A stretch of DNA of 20,000 nt from an uncultured virus (IMG/VR IMGVR_UViG_3300037189_025930) (Duplodnaviria > Heunggongvirae > Uroviricota > Caudoviricetes). The translations under genes were made by a program, and so were the position numbers. Location: the IMG/VR virus record IMGVR_UViG_3300037189_025930, one strand, 5' to 3'. The notes under the pieces were generated by a model. It saw only the letters and a program-made list of their open reading frames with translations, did no database searches and was not told the origin of the DNA. Positions 1 through 8,370 of this stretch are shown here, in pieces; position 1 is the stretch's first letter, and every line of letters starts with the position of its first letter.

Positions 1-75
1 TTTCAGTTAGAAGAATCTATTAATCAATATCGTAACATCTTATTAGAAAATAATTTGAGTGAACATTTACTTTGA
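1..75 (+). CDS. 3' end of a hypothetical protein (partial), C-terminus ...LLENNLSEHLL
   Basis: Frame 1 is open from the window edge (FQLEESINQYRNILLENNLSEHLL). Its TGA at 73-75 overlaps the TTG start of the next gene. It carries the shared E-x-x-[LI] C-terminus. Confidence 0.7.
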   Translation, partial: FQLEESINQYRNILLENNLSEHLL

Positions 76-464
76 AATTTGAAGGATATTACGTTCATAT
101 TATTGATGATAATTACGTTAATAATGGTAATTTATATGGATATAAATTAGATTTAATTAATTTTAATAATTATTATTTTATATCTTATTTTTCTGAATAT
201 CATTATGTGGACGTTAAAGATAACGTTTTAATGGAATTTCGTTATTTTGATAAACGTTATGATATCAAAAAAACTTTTAATTTAGAAAGATTACTTTTAA
301 AGGATGTTAAATATGATCATATATATGATGTTAATATAAAAAAAATGTATCCTTTAAATTTAAAAACTTTTTTTAACTTAAAAAGGAATAGACCAAAATC
401 TATGAAATCAGAATATATTAATGAATATTTTATTGAAAATAAATTATATGAGCTAGTGATATGA
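72..464 (+). CDS. hypothetical phage protein (130 aa), C-terminus KLYELVI
   Basis: ORF track; 4-nt start/stop overlaps with both neighbours; shared C-terminal pattern. Confidence 0.75.
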   Translation: MKFEGYYVHIIDDNYVNNGNLYGYKLDLINFNNYYFISYFSEYHYVDVKDNVLMEFRYFDKRYDIKKTFNLERLLLKDVKYDHIYDVNIKKMYPLNLKTFFNLKRNRPKSMKSEYINEYFIENKLYELVI

Positions 465-796
465 AAAACAGTTATTATATTTATCTTAATTGCCATCAAA
501 TTAATCATCAAATAATTGAATGCGTTTTATTTGATTTAGAAAATAAAAAAATATATGATCCATCAATCGTTAATGAGTTTGATAAAAAAAATGATTTAAT
601 AGGTGATAACTATGTTGATTTTATTTTAAACGATGAATTATATGAAGAGTATTTAGTTAGTTATCCTGAGGATGAAGTATTTGTTTTGACACCTCAACAA
701 TTAAATTATATATTAGGACTTCATCCTAATCAAATTTTTAGTCAAAGTTTAGAGGATCTTTTTACAACTCTTAAATTAGAGGAATATCTAATTTAA
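461..796 (+). CDS. hypothetical phage protein, ~100-aa paralog family, C-terminus LKLEEYLI
   Basis: ORF track; ATGA overlap with the upstream gene; N-terminus (YIYLNC..NHQIIECVLFD) resembles 8488..8811. Confidence 0.8.
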   Translation: MKNSYYIYLNCHQINHQIIECVLFDLENKKIYDPSIVNEFDKKNDLIGDNYVDFILNDELYEEYLVSYPEDEVFVLTPQQLNYILGLHPNQIFSQSLEDLFTTLKLEEYLI

Positions 797-806
797 TATG
801 ATATAC

Positions 807-844
807 TTTTAGGTTTATGCATCTACTCAAAATTCTAGTATTCT
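807..844 (+). promoter_or_regulatory. conserved phage promoter TTTTAGGTTTATGCA-N17-TATTCT
   Basis: Matches the repeated motif; followed by AGGAG SD and GTG at 867. Confidence 0.7.
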
Positions 845-866
845 ATATACTAGAAGGAGAAATAGC

Positions 867-1151
867 GTGAGTATATATAAAATAAGTAAAAAAGGTTCTG
901 AAGATTATTCTGGAGCAATAATTGGCGGCGAGTTTTCAAAGTTTGAAGCTTTTAGTATTTTTAATAAAAAGTGTAATTTTGGAGATAATAATATTTTTGA
1001 ACAGTTTGATATTGAAGAATTTCAAGATCTTCAAAAAGCTTTAGAAAAAATAGATTGTCCAGTTCTAGCACCTAGATATAAAAAAATGAATCGTAAATCA
1101 AGTGAAGCAAAAATAGTAATTTTACAATGGTATAAAGGATGGATAAAATGA
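867..1151 (+). CDS. hypothetical phage protein (94 aa)
   Basis: ORF track; strong SD (AAGGAGA) before GTG. Confidence 0.8.
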   Translation: MSIYKISKKGSEDYSGAIIGGEFSKFEAFSIFNKKCNFGDNNIFEQFDIEEFQDLQKALEKIDCPVLAPRYKKMNRKSSEAKIVILQWYKGWIK

Positions 1152-1303
1152 AGAAAGAAGTTTTAATTTGTGGAACATGTAAGCAAGTTATTAAAGATGG
1201 AAAGAAGCATCATTGTGAGGATGTTTCTTCTAATAAAAGAAATGAGTATTATATAGATGATAAATTAAAAACTAATTACTTTTTATCTTTTCTTAAAAAA
1301 TAA
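1148..1303 (+). CDS. small putative zinc-binding protein (51 aa; CGTC...HHC)
   Basis: Translated by hand: MKKEVLICGTCKQVIKDGKKHHCEDV...FLKK. ATGA overlap with 867..1151. Below the ORF-track length cutoff. Confidence 0.6.
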   Translation: MKKEVLICGTCKQVIKDGKKHHCEDVSSNKRNEYYIDDKLKTNYFLSFLKK

Positions 1304-1462
1304 CAATATTCTTATAATTATCATTATTGGATAAAAAAGAGAAAACAAAGCAAACATCTTTATTTTATCTTGTTCTTCAATATAAGAATCGTCTAAGAAA
1401 TAAAAAATTAAACCTAAAATAGTTCCTATCGTTATATAACAAAAAAGAATTTTTATTTTCAT
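1283..1462 (-). CDS. small membrane protein (59 aa, two hydrophobic segments)
   Basis: Translated by hand: MKIKILFCYITIGTILGLIFYFLDDSYIEEQDKIKMFALFSLFYPIMIIIRILLFFKKR. ATGA overlap with the stop of the upstream gene. Confidence 0.65.
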   Translation of the reverse strand: MKIKILFCYITIGTILGLIFYFLDDSYIEEQDKIKMFALFSLFYPIMIIIRILLFFKKR

Positions 1463-1632
1463 AAAAAAGTCTTTTTAAAGATTTTGAAAAAATCTTTTTC
1501 ATTTTTAACAAAAAATTTATCTTTATCTTTTTGCTTATAAAGAATTTTAAATTCATTACGATTATCAAGATATTGATCTATTATTTGATATATATTTTTA
1601 CCTTTTAATCCTTGATAAAAAGTATTATTCAT
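1459..1632 (-). CDS. hypothetical protein (57 aa)
   Basis: ORF track 1459..1656. Start refined to ATG 1632, which overlaps the upstream TGA and follows GGAGGA. Confidence 0.65.
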   Translation of the reverse strand: MNNTFYQGLKGKNIYQIIDQYLDNRNEFKILYKQKDKDKFFVKNEKDFFKIFKKTFL

Positions 1633-1907
1633 AATGTCCATTCCTCCAATAAACATGCTTGTAAAAATTCTTGTCTATTTAAACAACAAAAATGAATTAA
1701 ATTTATTTTACTAAACAGTTCATAATATTTATCTGATATTGGTATTGAATCTTTAATAATATTTTTATAATATGTTTCTATTTTTTTTATTTTAAATTCT
1801 TTTTTTTGATGTATAACTATATCTTTATCGGTATCTATAACTAAAATATTAAGTATTTTATTTGTTATCTTTGAATCTTCTATATATAATCTTTTTTTAT
1901 TTTTCAT
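1629..1907 (-). CDS. hypothetical phage protein, ~100-aa family, C-terminus LLEEWTL
   Basis: ORF track 1629..1919; likely start is ATG 1907 (TAATG coupling). Confidence 0.75.
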   Translation of the reverse strand: MKNKKRLYIEDSKITNKILNILVIDTDKDIVIHQKKEFKIKKIETYYKNIIKDSIPISDKYYELFSKINLIHFCCLNRQEFLQACLLEEWTL

Positions 1908-2185
1908 TAAATTTGCCACTCTTGTAGTTTTAATTTTTCTAAAAATTGTTTTTCAGATAACGCTGTTATTTCATTTTTTATCTCATATATATTATCCTCA
2001 TTAAATGGTATTCTTTTCCAGCTATTAGTTGGAAACACTTCGTTAAAACCTTCTGTTGATAATGGATCAATGTTACATATAGTCCCAGCAAAAGAAAACA
2101 TTTTTATTTTTTCTTCTTTTTTAAAATATAAGTAAAATACATCAATTTTATTTATATATAAACTATACACTAAATAACAATTCAC
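1907..2185 (-). CDS. hypothetical phage protein, ~100-aa family, C-terminus LKLQEWQI
   Basis: ORF track; overlaps both neighbours by 1-4 nt. Confidence 0.75.
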   Translation of the reverse strand: MNCYLVYSLYINKIDVFYLYFKKEEKIKMFSFAGTICNIDPLSTEGFNEVFPTNSWKRIPFNEDNIYEIKNEITALSEKQFLEKLKLQEWQI

Positions 2186-2688
2186 AATAAATATTCTACC
2201 TTATTTATATCAATTAAAAATTGTCTATAATCGTTAGCATAGTCAGAATCTAAAATAATTTCATTTCCTAATTCAAAATAATCTTTTAAAACATGCTTAG
2301 CATATAAAAAAGAATAATATGGACTATTAGATATTTTTTTTTCTCCTTTTTCCCATCTACCTTTTATTATATAAAGAGAATAATAATAAGAAGCATCAGA
2401 ATATAATAAAATCTTTTTTTCACTTTTTATCCATCTTTTTTTTATTACTCTACGACAATAAAGAACGATTTCTTTAGAATTAACTCTTCCATTTGATCTT
2501 AAAAAATTTTTTTCTAAATCTTCCCATCTACCTTTAATAATATTACTAGCATAATAAATTGCATACTCTTTATATCTTAATAATCTTTTTTCGTTCTCAA
2601 GATCCCTTTTTTTACTCTTTTTACAATCTTTAAGAATTTTTTTTGCTTCAGCATAAGAAGTTTGATAAATCATGTTCATAAAAGCCAT
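2182..2688 (-). CDS. 26-aa helical-repeat protein (Y[ACS]xxxIKxRWxxxExxI), C-terminus NKVEYLL
   Basis: Repeats visible in the translation; paralog of 9089..9406 and 13863..14501; true start uncertain (see findings). Confidence 0.8.
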   Translation of the reverse strand: MAFMNMIYQTSYAEAKKILKDCKKSKKRDLENEKRLLRYKEYAIYYASNIIKGRWEDLEKNFLRSNGRVNSKEIVLYCRRVIKKRWIKSEKKILLYSDASYYYSLYIIKGRWEKGEKKISNSPYYSFLYAKHVLKDYFELGNEIILDSDYANDYRQFLIDINKVEYLL

Positions 2689-2801
2689 TCAGTTTTCCAG
2701 TGTTTTTAGTAATTTCATAAATATCTTTAAGTGTTATTATATCGCTATTCAAAAATATTTTCCTCTATTATGTGTTTATAATAAAAATATTCCCTATTAT
2801 T

Positions 2802-2840
2802 ATTATATAGTAAATATATTTGAATGTTTAAACTTGAAAA
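2802..2840 (-). promoter_or_regulatory. promoter variant TTTCAAGTTTAAACA-N17-TATAAT
   Basis: Same -35 core and exact 17-nt spacing as the conserved motif. Confidence 0.6.
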
Positions 2841-2927
2841 CTGATTAAATTTTGATCACTTATTTTTAATGTTTTTAAATATTTAAAATATTTTTCAATT
2901 AATTGATCTCAAATTTTGAAAATATCA

Positions 2928-3224
2928 TTATATAAAATACTCCTCAAAGCCATGTTCTACATGAAAATTACTATTGTTTTCTTTATTAAAAGAAATAGAT
3001 AATAAATACCTAAGTTTATCTTTATTTATAAGTTGATTTTTATTTTTTGTAAAAGGCATAGTCGTGTAATATACAAACCAATTATTTTTTAATTTCCTTC
3101 TAAGAGTTAAATATTTAGTTGGATTCATAAAAGTAATAATAAGATTTGAATAAACATAATTTTTTCTATAAATGTAAATAATAACAGAATCGTTAAATTT
3201 TGAGACACTAATATAATCATTCAT
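2928..3224 (-). CDS. hypothetical phage protein (98 aa), C-terminus HGFEEYFI
   Basis: ORF track; promoter immediately upstream (likely leaderless). Confidence 0.7.
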   Translation of the reverse strand: MNDYISVSKFNDSVIIYIYRKNYVYSNLIITFMNPTKYLTLRRKLKNNWFVYYTTMPFTKNKNQLINKDKLRYLLSISFNKENNSNFHVEHGFEEYFI

Positions 3225-3230
3225 TAACTC

Positions 3231-3259
3231 ATTTTATTTATTAATAAAATGAATGTTTA
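3231..3259 (-). promoter_or_regulatory. promoter TAAACA-N17-TAAAAT, 6 nt before ATG 3224
   Basis: Spacing counted by hand; overlapped by a 10-bp inverted repeat (3229-3238 / 3243-3252). Confidence 0.5.
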
Positions 3260-3262
3260 TTT

Positions 3263-3598
3263 TTAAATAAATTGATCAGCATTTTGTTCTACAAATTTTT
3301 TAACCATAAGGTGTGTAAGATCATCTTCATTTATAATACCTTCTTTTATATAATTAAAAGGTCCAGTATAAAAATATTTTAATTTAGAAGTTCCAGGTAC
3401 ACACCAATATCCTATTTTCTTATGCTTTCTTAAAATACCAAGTTGATATAATTTAGTAATGTTTGTTGACCAAGATGAATAATTAATTGGATCTTTTCTT
3501 CCAGAGATTCTCCAAATTTCTTCAATCATTTGTTTTCTTTTTAGAGTTTTTTCTTCTAAAACTTTTACTAATTGTCTAACAATAGAATTTTCTTTCAA
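3263..3598 (-). CDS. hypothetical protein, possible winged helix-turn-helix
   Basis: ORF track; helix-turn-helix-like pattern followed by LYQLGILRK...GYW wing-like segment (by eye); promoter and AGGT SD upstream. Confidence 0.7.
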   Translation of the reverse strand: MKENSIVRQLVKVLEEKTLKRKQMIEEIWRISGRKDPINYSSWSTNITKLYQLGILRKHKKIGYWCVPGTSKLKYFYTGPFNYIKEGIINEDDLTHLMVKKFVEQNADQFI

Positions 3599-3617
3599 TT
3601 TTATTACCTACTAGATA

Positions 3618-3655
3618 ATTATACTTACATTTTAATACAATGATTAATCCTAAAA
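3618..3655 (-). promoter_or_regulatory. conserved phage promoter TTTTAGGATTAATCA-N17-TATAAT
   Basis: Match to the repeated motif. Confidence 0.75.
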
Positions 3656-3683
3656 TATTAACATCTAAACAAAAAACTAACGC

Positions 3684-4208
3684 TTAAGCGTTAGTTTTTT
3701 CACTTTCTAATTGTTGAACTAATAATCCCATACAGTGTTTTAATACAAAGATTGGAAGTGTCGCCATAGTTAAAGATACGAATAAATGAAAAAATTGTCC
3801 AGGATCTAAAAAACTAAGAAGTAAATTTTTAAAAGTTGATCCACCAGCACTGTGAAGAGATAACATCAAGTTAGCATATACAGAAATAGTGAATGTTGAA
3901 AAAGTAGATATGTTAATTAATTTTTTATCCCTCATAAGATAAAAAACTATAATCATCATATCTAAAAAAGCAGTTAATCCAATAGCGTATATATCAGCAT
4001 AATGAGAGCCTATCATATCGAACCTTGATTCAGATATTTGGTGTCTAACTGCGTGATAATTACTAATTGTACCAACAACTCCAGATGTTAATGCTACTCC
4101 AAATTTTAATTTTTTGCTTTCAAAAAAATTAAAAAATTCAGATTCCCCAATTTTAAATGCTTCTTCTTGTGAGAAGTATTGTTTTTGAATCCATGGTTCT
4201 GTTTTCAT
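3684..4208 (-). CDS. multi-pass membrane protein (174 aa)
   Basis: ORF track; about four hydrophobic segments. Confidence 0.8.
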   Translation of the reverse strand: MKTEPWIQKQYFSQEEAFKIGESEFFNFFESKKLKFGVALTSGVVGTISNYHAVRHQISESRFDMIGSHYADIYAIGLTAFLDMMIIVFYLMRDKKLINISTFSTFTISVYANLMLSLHSAGGSTFKNLLLSFLDPGQFFHLFVSLTMATLPIFVLKHCMGLLVQQLESEKTNA

Positions 4209-4238
4209 AGTTTTCTTTCCCTTTTAGGTTTTATTTTT

Positions 4239-4406
4239 TTATTTTGTTAGAGTACAACGATATTTTTCACCTGAATCGTAAAATCTGATTTCTGTTTTAG
4301 CATTTTTTTCAATTATTTTATATTCTGTCATTGCAACATCTGAATCACTAATGAAATTATTCAGTAACACTAGAACTGCTGCTAGAACTATTAGATTTTT
4401 TACCAT
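4239..4406 (-). CDS. small protein with N-terminal signal/anchor
   Basis: ORF track 4239..4421; likely start ATG 4406 after GAGGAGGG; hydrophobic NLIVLAAVLVLL. Confidence 0.7.
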   Translation of the reverse strand: MVKNLIVLAAVLVLLNNFISDSDVAMTEYKIIEKNAKTEIRFYDSGEKYRCTLTK

Positions 4407-4545
4407 CTGCTCCCTCCTCAAAGTTTACTTCTTTAATCCAAGAAGACGGGCTATTTTCTTTTTCAAGTTTTTTAAATTCATGCCAAACACTTTTTACGTT
4501 GTTTAGCATTTCATTTAAAAAATCAAAATTTATTCTTATCTTCAA
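4357..4545 (-). CDS. hypothetical protein (62 aa)
   Basis: TTGA overlap with the upstream stop and fills the gap. The Ser-run tail lies in the overlap with the next gene. Confidence 0.45.
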   Translation of the reverse strand: MKIRINFDFLNEMLNNVKSVWHEFKKLEKENSPSSWIKEVNFEEGADGKKSNSSSSSSSVTE

Positions 4546-4973
4546 ACTGAAACTCCTGTACTATTTGGTTTAAAAGAAAAACAAAGTTTATCACCAATAA
4601 TAACACAATTATTGATAACAAATAAGTTTTCACAATTAAGAATAATAGAACCCCAACTATTAGGTTTTTCTTTTCTTAGGTGCTCAATAAAACCAATTAA
4701 ATCTTTTAAAGTTAAACTATCGTGACCTTCGCTACCATATACGAAACTGACCATGTTTATTTCTTCTTCAAAAGAAATATTTGAGATTTTAAAAAATACT
4801 TCTTTATCATTTTCAACGTCAACTACGCCATAATTTAATTTTAATTCTTTAAAATCATCAAAGTTTTCACTTATCAAGTTTATTGATCTTTGAGCCCATG
4901 AACAGTTAAACGGTTCAATACCAAGCAGATTTGAAAATTCAACGGATGTTTTTAATAATTTTTTTCTTTCCAT
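4542..4973 (-). CDS. hypothetical phage protein (143 aa)
   Basis: ORF track; AAGGAGA SD; conserved promoter upstream. Confidence 0.85.
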   Translation of the reverse strand: MERKKLLKTSVEFSNLLGIEPFNCSWAQRSINLISENFDDFKELKLNYGVVDVENDKEVFFKISNISFEEEINMVSFVYGSEGHDSLTLKDLIGFIEHLRKEKPNSWGSIILNCENLFVINNCVIIGDKLCFSFKPNSTGVSV

Positions 4974-5009
4974 ATTACTTTCTCCTTATTTTATTATTTG
5001 TAATAATAT

Positions 5010-5047
5010 AATATACTATAATATATAATAAGTGTTTAAACCTAAAA
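5010..5047 (-). promoter_or_regulatory. conserved phage promoter TTTTAGGTTTAAACA-N17-TATATT
   Basis: Match to the repeated motif. Confidence 0.75.
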
Positions 5048-5073
5048 ATAAAACACTTAATATATTAAAACAC

Positions 5074-5352
5074 ATGAAAGAAAATTATTACCTTGGTTTT
5101 ACTTTAAAAAATGAAAAAATATCATCCATTAGAGTGTACGATAAAAACAAAGGAGATATTTTTTTTTTAGATAATCCAAACGAATTTTCAATGAAAGGAA
5201 ATTTACTTTTTTTTAAATTAAATTTAGATTTTTTTGTTCCAATAAATAAAGTTTTATTTTTTAAAGTTCTAAATTTAAAAAGAAAAGATTATAGAAAAAT
5301 AGATTTAAAAACGTTTTTAATTTATAATGGATTAGAGGAGTGGTGTTTATAA
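5074..5352 (+). CDS. hypothetical phage protein, ~100-aa family, C-terminus NGLEEWCL
   Basis: ORF track 5032..5352. The GTG at 5032 lies inside the opposite-strand promoter, while ATG 5074 (MKENYYLGF) fits the family N-terminus. Confidence 0.7.
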   Translation: MKENYYLGFTLKNEKISSIRVYDKNKGDIFFLDNPNEFSMKGNLLFFKLNLDFFVPINKVLFFKVLNLKRKDYRKIDLKTFLIYNGLEEWCL

Positions 5353-5637
5353 AATAAATTCTTCAAAATTATATTTTTTATAAAAATCAATTAAAAACAT
5401 ATCTTTAATATCTCTAAAATCAGCTTTTAAAAATTGATTAAAAGTTTTTTCATCTATATTAATTAGATGTGGGTCACTTTGAAAATTTGCTAAATAAAAC
5501 GATAAGTCTGAACTATAATCTTTAATTATTTTTTCACCTGTATATTTTAAATTGTTTTTAGCGTCAAATACAGATAATCCTATTATTTTTTGATTATCAT
5601 TTATTTTAATTGATAATGTATATTCTTTTTGATTCAT
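5347..5637 (-). CDS. hypothetical phage protein, ~100-aa family, C-terminus YNFEEFIL
   Basis: ORF track; AAGGA SD; convergent 6-nt overlap with 5074..5352. Confidence 0.8.
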   Translation of the reverse strand: MNQKEYTLSIKINDNQKIIGLSVFDAKNNLKYTGEKIIKDYSSDLSFYLANFQSDPHLINIDEKTFNQFLKADFRDIKDMFLIDFYKKYNFEEFIL

Positions 5638-5680
5638 TATTATATCCTTTTTTGTTTTTAATAAATCATCAAAAATAATT

Positions 5681-5714
5681 AAAAAAAATCTCTTTCTTAA
5701 AAAAGAAAGAGATT
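5681..5714 (-). terminator. intrinsic terminator downstream of the VWA gene
   Basis: 12-bp stem AATCTCTTTCTT/AAGAAAGAGATT, 4-nt loop, T-run on the minus strand. Confidence 0.7.
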
Positions 5715-5724
5715 AATTATTTTT

Positions 5725-6984
5725 TTAATCTATATTAAAAACTTTTGCTTTTTTGAAATTAGAAATATCTAACGCTAATTTTCCATCTTTGGGTAAAAGA
5801 AAGAATATATTTTGTTGAGGTACTTCTTTCCAAGAATTTTCAATTTCTCCATCCGTTAATACTATTATATAGTCACAACGAATTTTTTTATTTTTAATAT
5901 GTTCAATTGCTGGATAAAGATAAGTACCACCTCTACCAACAATACCTACTTTCTTATTAGAAGGAGTATATTTTTTAATACTATGTACTTGAGCATCTAC
6001 CTGAATTAGTTCGACTTCAGAATTAGTTGATTTACATAAGTTATCAATTTCTCCTAAAGTTTTAGAAATAAATTCATTACTAACTGATCCAGAAGTATCT
6101 AATATTACTACTCCTTTAGAAGAATAAGTTTTTATAAATCCTTTAATTTCTACTCGATTCATAAATCTACGATTTCTTCTTTTTATAGACTCTTCTACAT
6201 CTATGGAAGAATTAGAAGCTTGATTACGAATATGCTTTTTCCAATCAATTTTCTTAGAACGAAGTTTTTCAATTTCATCTGCAATATCAGATGGTATCAA
6301 TCCCCTACTTTTATTCTCAGCATGTTGAATTAATTTCTCCCTCATAAGATTTACTAATTCTTCATTTACTTCACCTTCGTTACGATCGTCTGCTACGTGA
6401 GGGTCAATTTCATATTCTTTGACACCACTTTTAGATTTAACCCTCATAATAACTTTCGATATTTTCTTTCCATTGCCTTGCTGCGGATTTCCATTGTTGT
6501 TATCGTCAGAAGAACCGTCTTCATAAATTACTTTGAAAGAAATTTCTTTATCGTCAATTTTCTTTCTAAGAAAAGAATAATAATTCTCCGCAGATAATTT
6601 TGGTTCTAATCCAAATTTTTCTGGTAACATACAGTCTGGCGGTAAATCCTTGATAAATTGATTTAAAGCAGTATCTGTTGATATATTCCAGCAAAATCTT
6701 CTTTTATTCTTTGCTCTACCTATATGATTAAGAATTATATGTAAAGCTTCGTGAACTAATATTGATCTTCTTTCTTTTAGAGAGTATTCAGAAAACTTTT
6801 CTAAATTAATCACTAAATTAAATTGACTTTTTGCGAAATATACCCCAGCAGGTGCAGGTAGTGTATTATCAAAATGTACTTTTGTGGCTGCAATTATGTG
6901 ACCATAAAATACATATTGATTTTCTTGTCCCCAAAGAGTATTAGCCATTGTTTCTTCATAGACTTCTTTGTTGATTTTATCCAT
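5725..6984 (-). CDS. HExxH metallopeptidase-like + VWA domain protein (DUF2201-type partner of MoxR AAA+)
   Basis: HEALH motif, C-terminal MIDAS DTSGS, GRGGT and LTDG; AGGAGG SD; adjacent to the AAA ATPase. Confidence 0.9.
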   Translation of the reverse strand: MDKINKEVYEETMANTLWGQENQYVFYGHIIAATKVHFDNTLPAPAGVYFAKSQFNLVINLEKFSEYSLKERRSILVHEALHIILNHIGRAKNKRRFCWNISTDTALNQFIKDLPPDCMLPEKFGLEPKLSAENYYSFLRKKIDDKEISFKVIYEDGSSDDNNNGNPQQGNGKKISKVIMRVKSKSGVKEYEIDPHVADDRNEGEVNEELVNLMREKLIQHAENKSRGLIPSDIADEIEKLRSKKIDWKKHIRNQASNSSIDVEESIKRRNRRFMNRVEIKGFIKTYSSKGVVILDTSGSVSNEFISKTLGEIDNLCKSTNSEVELIQVDAQVHSIKKYTPSNKKVGIVGRGGTYLYPAIEHIKNKKIRCDYIIVLTDGEIENSWKEVPQQNIFFLLPKDGKLALDISNFKKAKVFNID

Positions 6985-7040
6985 AGTATCCTCCTATTAA
7001 ATATTTTCTATTTTCAATTATTTTTTGTTCCATAATATAA

Positions 7041-7078
7041 ATTATACTAATAATAATTACAAGTGATTAAACCTAAAA
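7041..7078 (-). promoter_or_regulatory. conserved phage promoter TTTTAGGTTTAATCA-N17-TATAAT
   Basis: Match to the repeated motif; oriented toward the VWA gene. Confidence 0.8.
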
Positions 7079-7094
7079 AAATAACATTTAAAAT

Positions 7095-7131
7095 AAAAAA
7101 AATAGGAGCCACTAAAAAAGTAGTGGCTTCC
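7095..7131 (-). terminator. intrinsic terminator downstream of the AAA ATPase gene
   Basis: GC-rich stem AGCCACTA/TAGTGGCT with 6-nt loop, then TATTTTTTTT on the minus strand. Confidence 0.75.
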
Positions 7132-7154
7132 AAGAAGATTGAAATAAGGATTAG

Positions 7155-8312
7155 TTATTTCTTGTTGTCGAATTTATCTATAATCCTTCGGAAAATTTCT
7201 TTTTCTCTAAATTTTCCAGCAGCTGCTGAATCACAACGAGCTAAACCAGCGTATAATTCTTTCATATTTTCATCGTCTTTTTCTTTAAGACCTTTTAGAA
7301 TAGAATGTGAAACTTCTAATTCTAAAGAATAGAAAAAAGCCATAACTGGAAAAGCGGTTTCAAATGCTTTATCTATTGTTGCAATAGTAGCTGTTTTTGG
7401 AATATACTTTTTAAGTAAGTCCTCTCCAATAAGAGAAAGTTTTATGACTTCGATAGTAGAGAGAACTGGTTTTAGTATCTCCATAGCTTCGTCCATGTTT
7501 TCTTTCTTCCTATTCTTAATTTTCTTAATTGCTTTTTCAATACTTTCCATAGAAAGTGCTTGTTTTTCTTTCCAATAAATAGAAAATTGATTACCAACGC
7601 TTCTACCAATCTTTCCATTTACAAAAGTTTGAAGTAAAAAGAATTTTTCCTCATCTGCTTCTTTTTCAAGTTCTAAAACTTTTAGAAAATTAGATACTTT
7701 TACCCAGCTTCTTGGAGTAGGATGGTTGATTTCATTTTCATTGTTAGTTTTGAACCACAATTTATCTGGATTATCTGCTACAAAAGAAACTACTGTTTCA
7801 TTGACTGACTTTTTTCTAGCCCATTCAATCCACTCTTCAGTGTTTGCTTTCAATTCAATAGCTTCAAATCTATCTAAAAGTGCTGGATCTAATTCAGACA
7901 CTTGGTAATCATCTTCTGGATTAACTGCTGCTACTACTAAAGAATCTTTTGGAAGTACGTGCTGGTGAATTTGCTTAGATAATACTAACTGTAAAGCAGA
8001 TTGTCTAACATCTAATCTTGCTCTGTTTAATTCATCTAAGAATAATACACACGTTTTTCCATTCTTAGAAGCATCATAAATTCTTTGTAACCAGATTGGT
8101 GTACTCCATACGGTATTTCCATTTTCTAAATATGGAATACCAATTAAATCTCCAGTTTCTTGGTGAGAAAGAAATAAAATTTCGCAATGATAACCTTTTT
8201 CTTTTGCGAATGCTTCTACTCTTTCACTCTTCCCTATTCCGTGAGGTCCCTTTAATAAGACTGAATTGTCGGATTTTTGACAAAGGTCTAATATTTTTTC
8301 TAAATTCCTCAT
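7155..8312 (-). CDS. MoxR-like AAA+ ATPase (AAA_5-type)
   Basis: Walker A GPHGIGKS, DLIGIP, Walker B LFLDELNRA, AAVNP sensor, LDPALLDRF arginine finger, PTPRSW; AAGGAG SD. Confidence 0.92.
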   Translation of the reverse strand: MRNLEKILDLCQKSDNSVLLKGPHGIGKSERVEAFAKEKGYHCEILFLSHQETGDLIGIPYLENGNTVWSTPIWLQRIYDASKNGKTCVLFLDELNRARLDVRQSALQLVLSKQIHQHVLPKDSLVVAAVNPEDDYQVSELDPALLDRFEAIELKANTEEWIEWARKKSVNETVVSFVADNPDKLWFKTNNENEINHPTPRSWVKVSNFLKVLELEKEADEEKFFLLQTFVNGKIGRSVGNQFSIYWKEKQALSMESIEKAIKKIKNRKKENMDEAMEILKPVLSTIEVIKLSLIGEDLLKKYIPKTATIATIDKAFETAFPVMAFFYSLELEVSHSILKGLKEKDDENMKELYAGLARCDSAAAGKFREKEIFRRIIDKFDNKK

Positions 8313-8370
8313 TTTTTTCTCCTTGTTAAAATTAAATTTCTACTTAATAAATAAAAATTTCTAATATAAT

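Noticed and set aside
317..511. 64-aa minus-strand ORF
   Set aside because: Antisense shadow of two coupled plus-strand genes; no SD.
1409..1419. TTTTAGGTTTA match on the minus strand
   Set aside because: Lies inside a coding region (ILGL codons), lacks the C(A/G) of the hexamer and has no gene start downstream.
1377..1568. 63-aa minus-strand ORF
   Set aside because: Alternative frame across two better-supported, ATGA-coupled ORFs (1459..1632 and 1283..1462).
2860..2925. AT-only palindromes (TTTTAAATATTTAAAA, TCAATTAATTGA)
   Set aside because: Expected by chance at this base composition; no supporting context.
4222..4231. TTTTAGGTTT match on the plus strand
   Set aside because: Points antisense to flanking genes and lacks the hexamer; overlaps the leader of 3684..4208.
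6397..8329. Plus-strand ORFs 6397..6597, 7063..7332, 7726..7908 and 8096..8329
   Set aside because: Antisense shadows of the VWA and AAA genes; 7063 starts inside a promoter and crosses a terminator.
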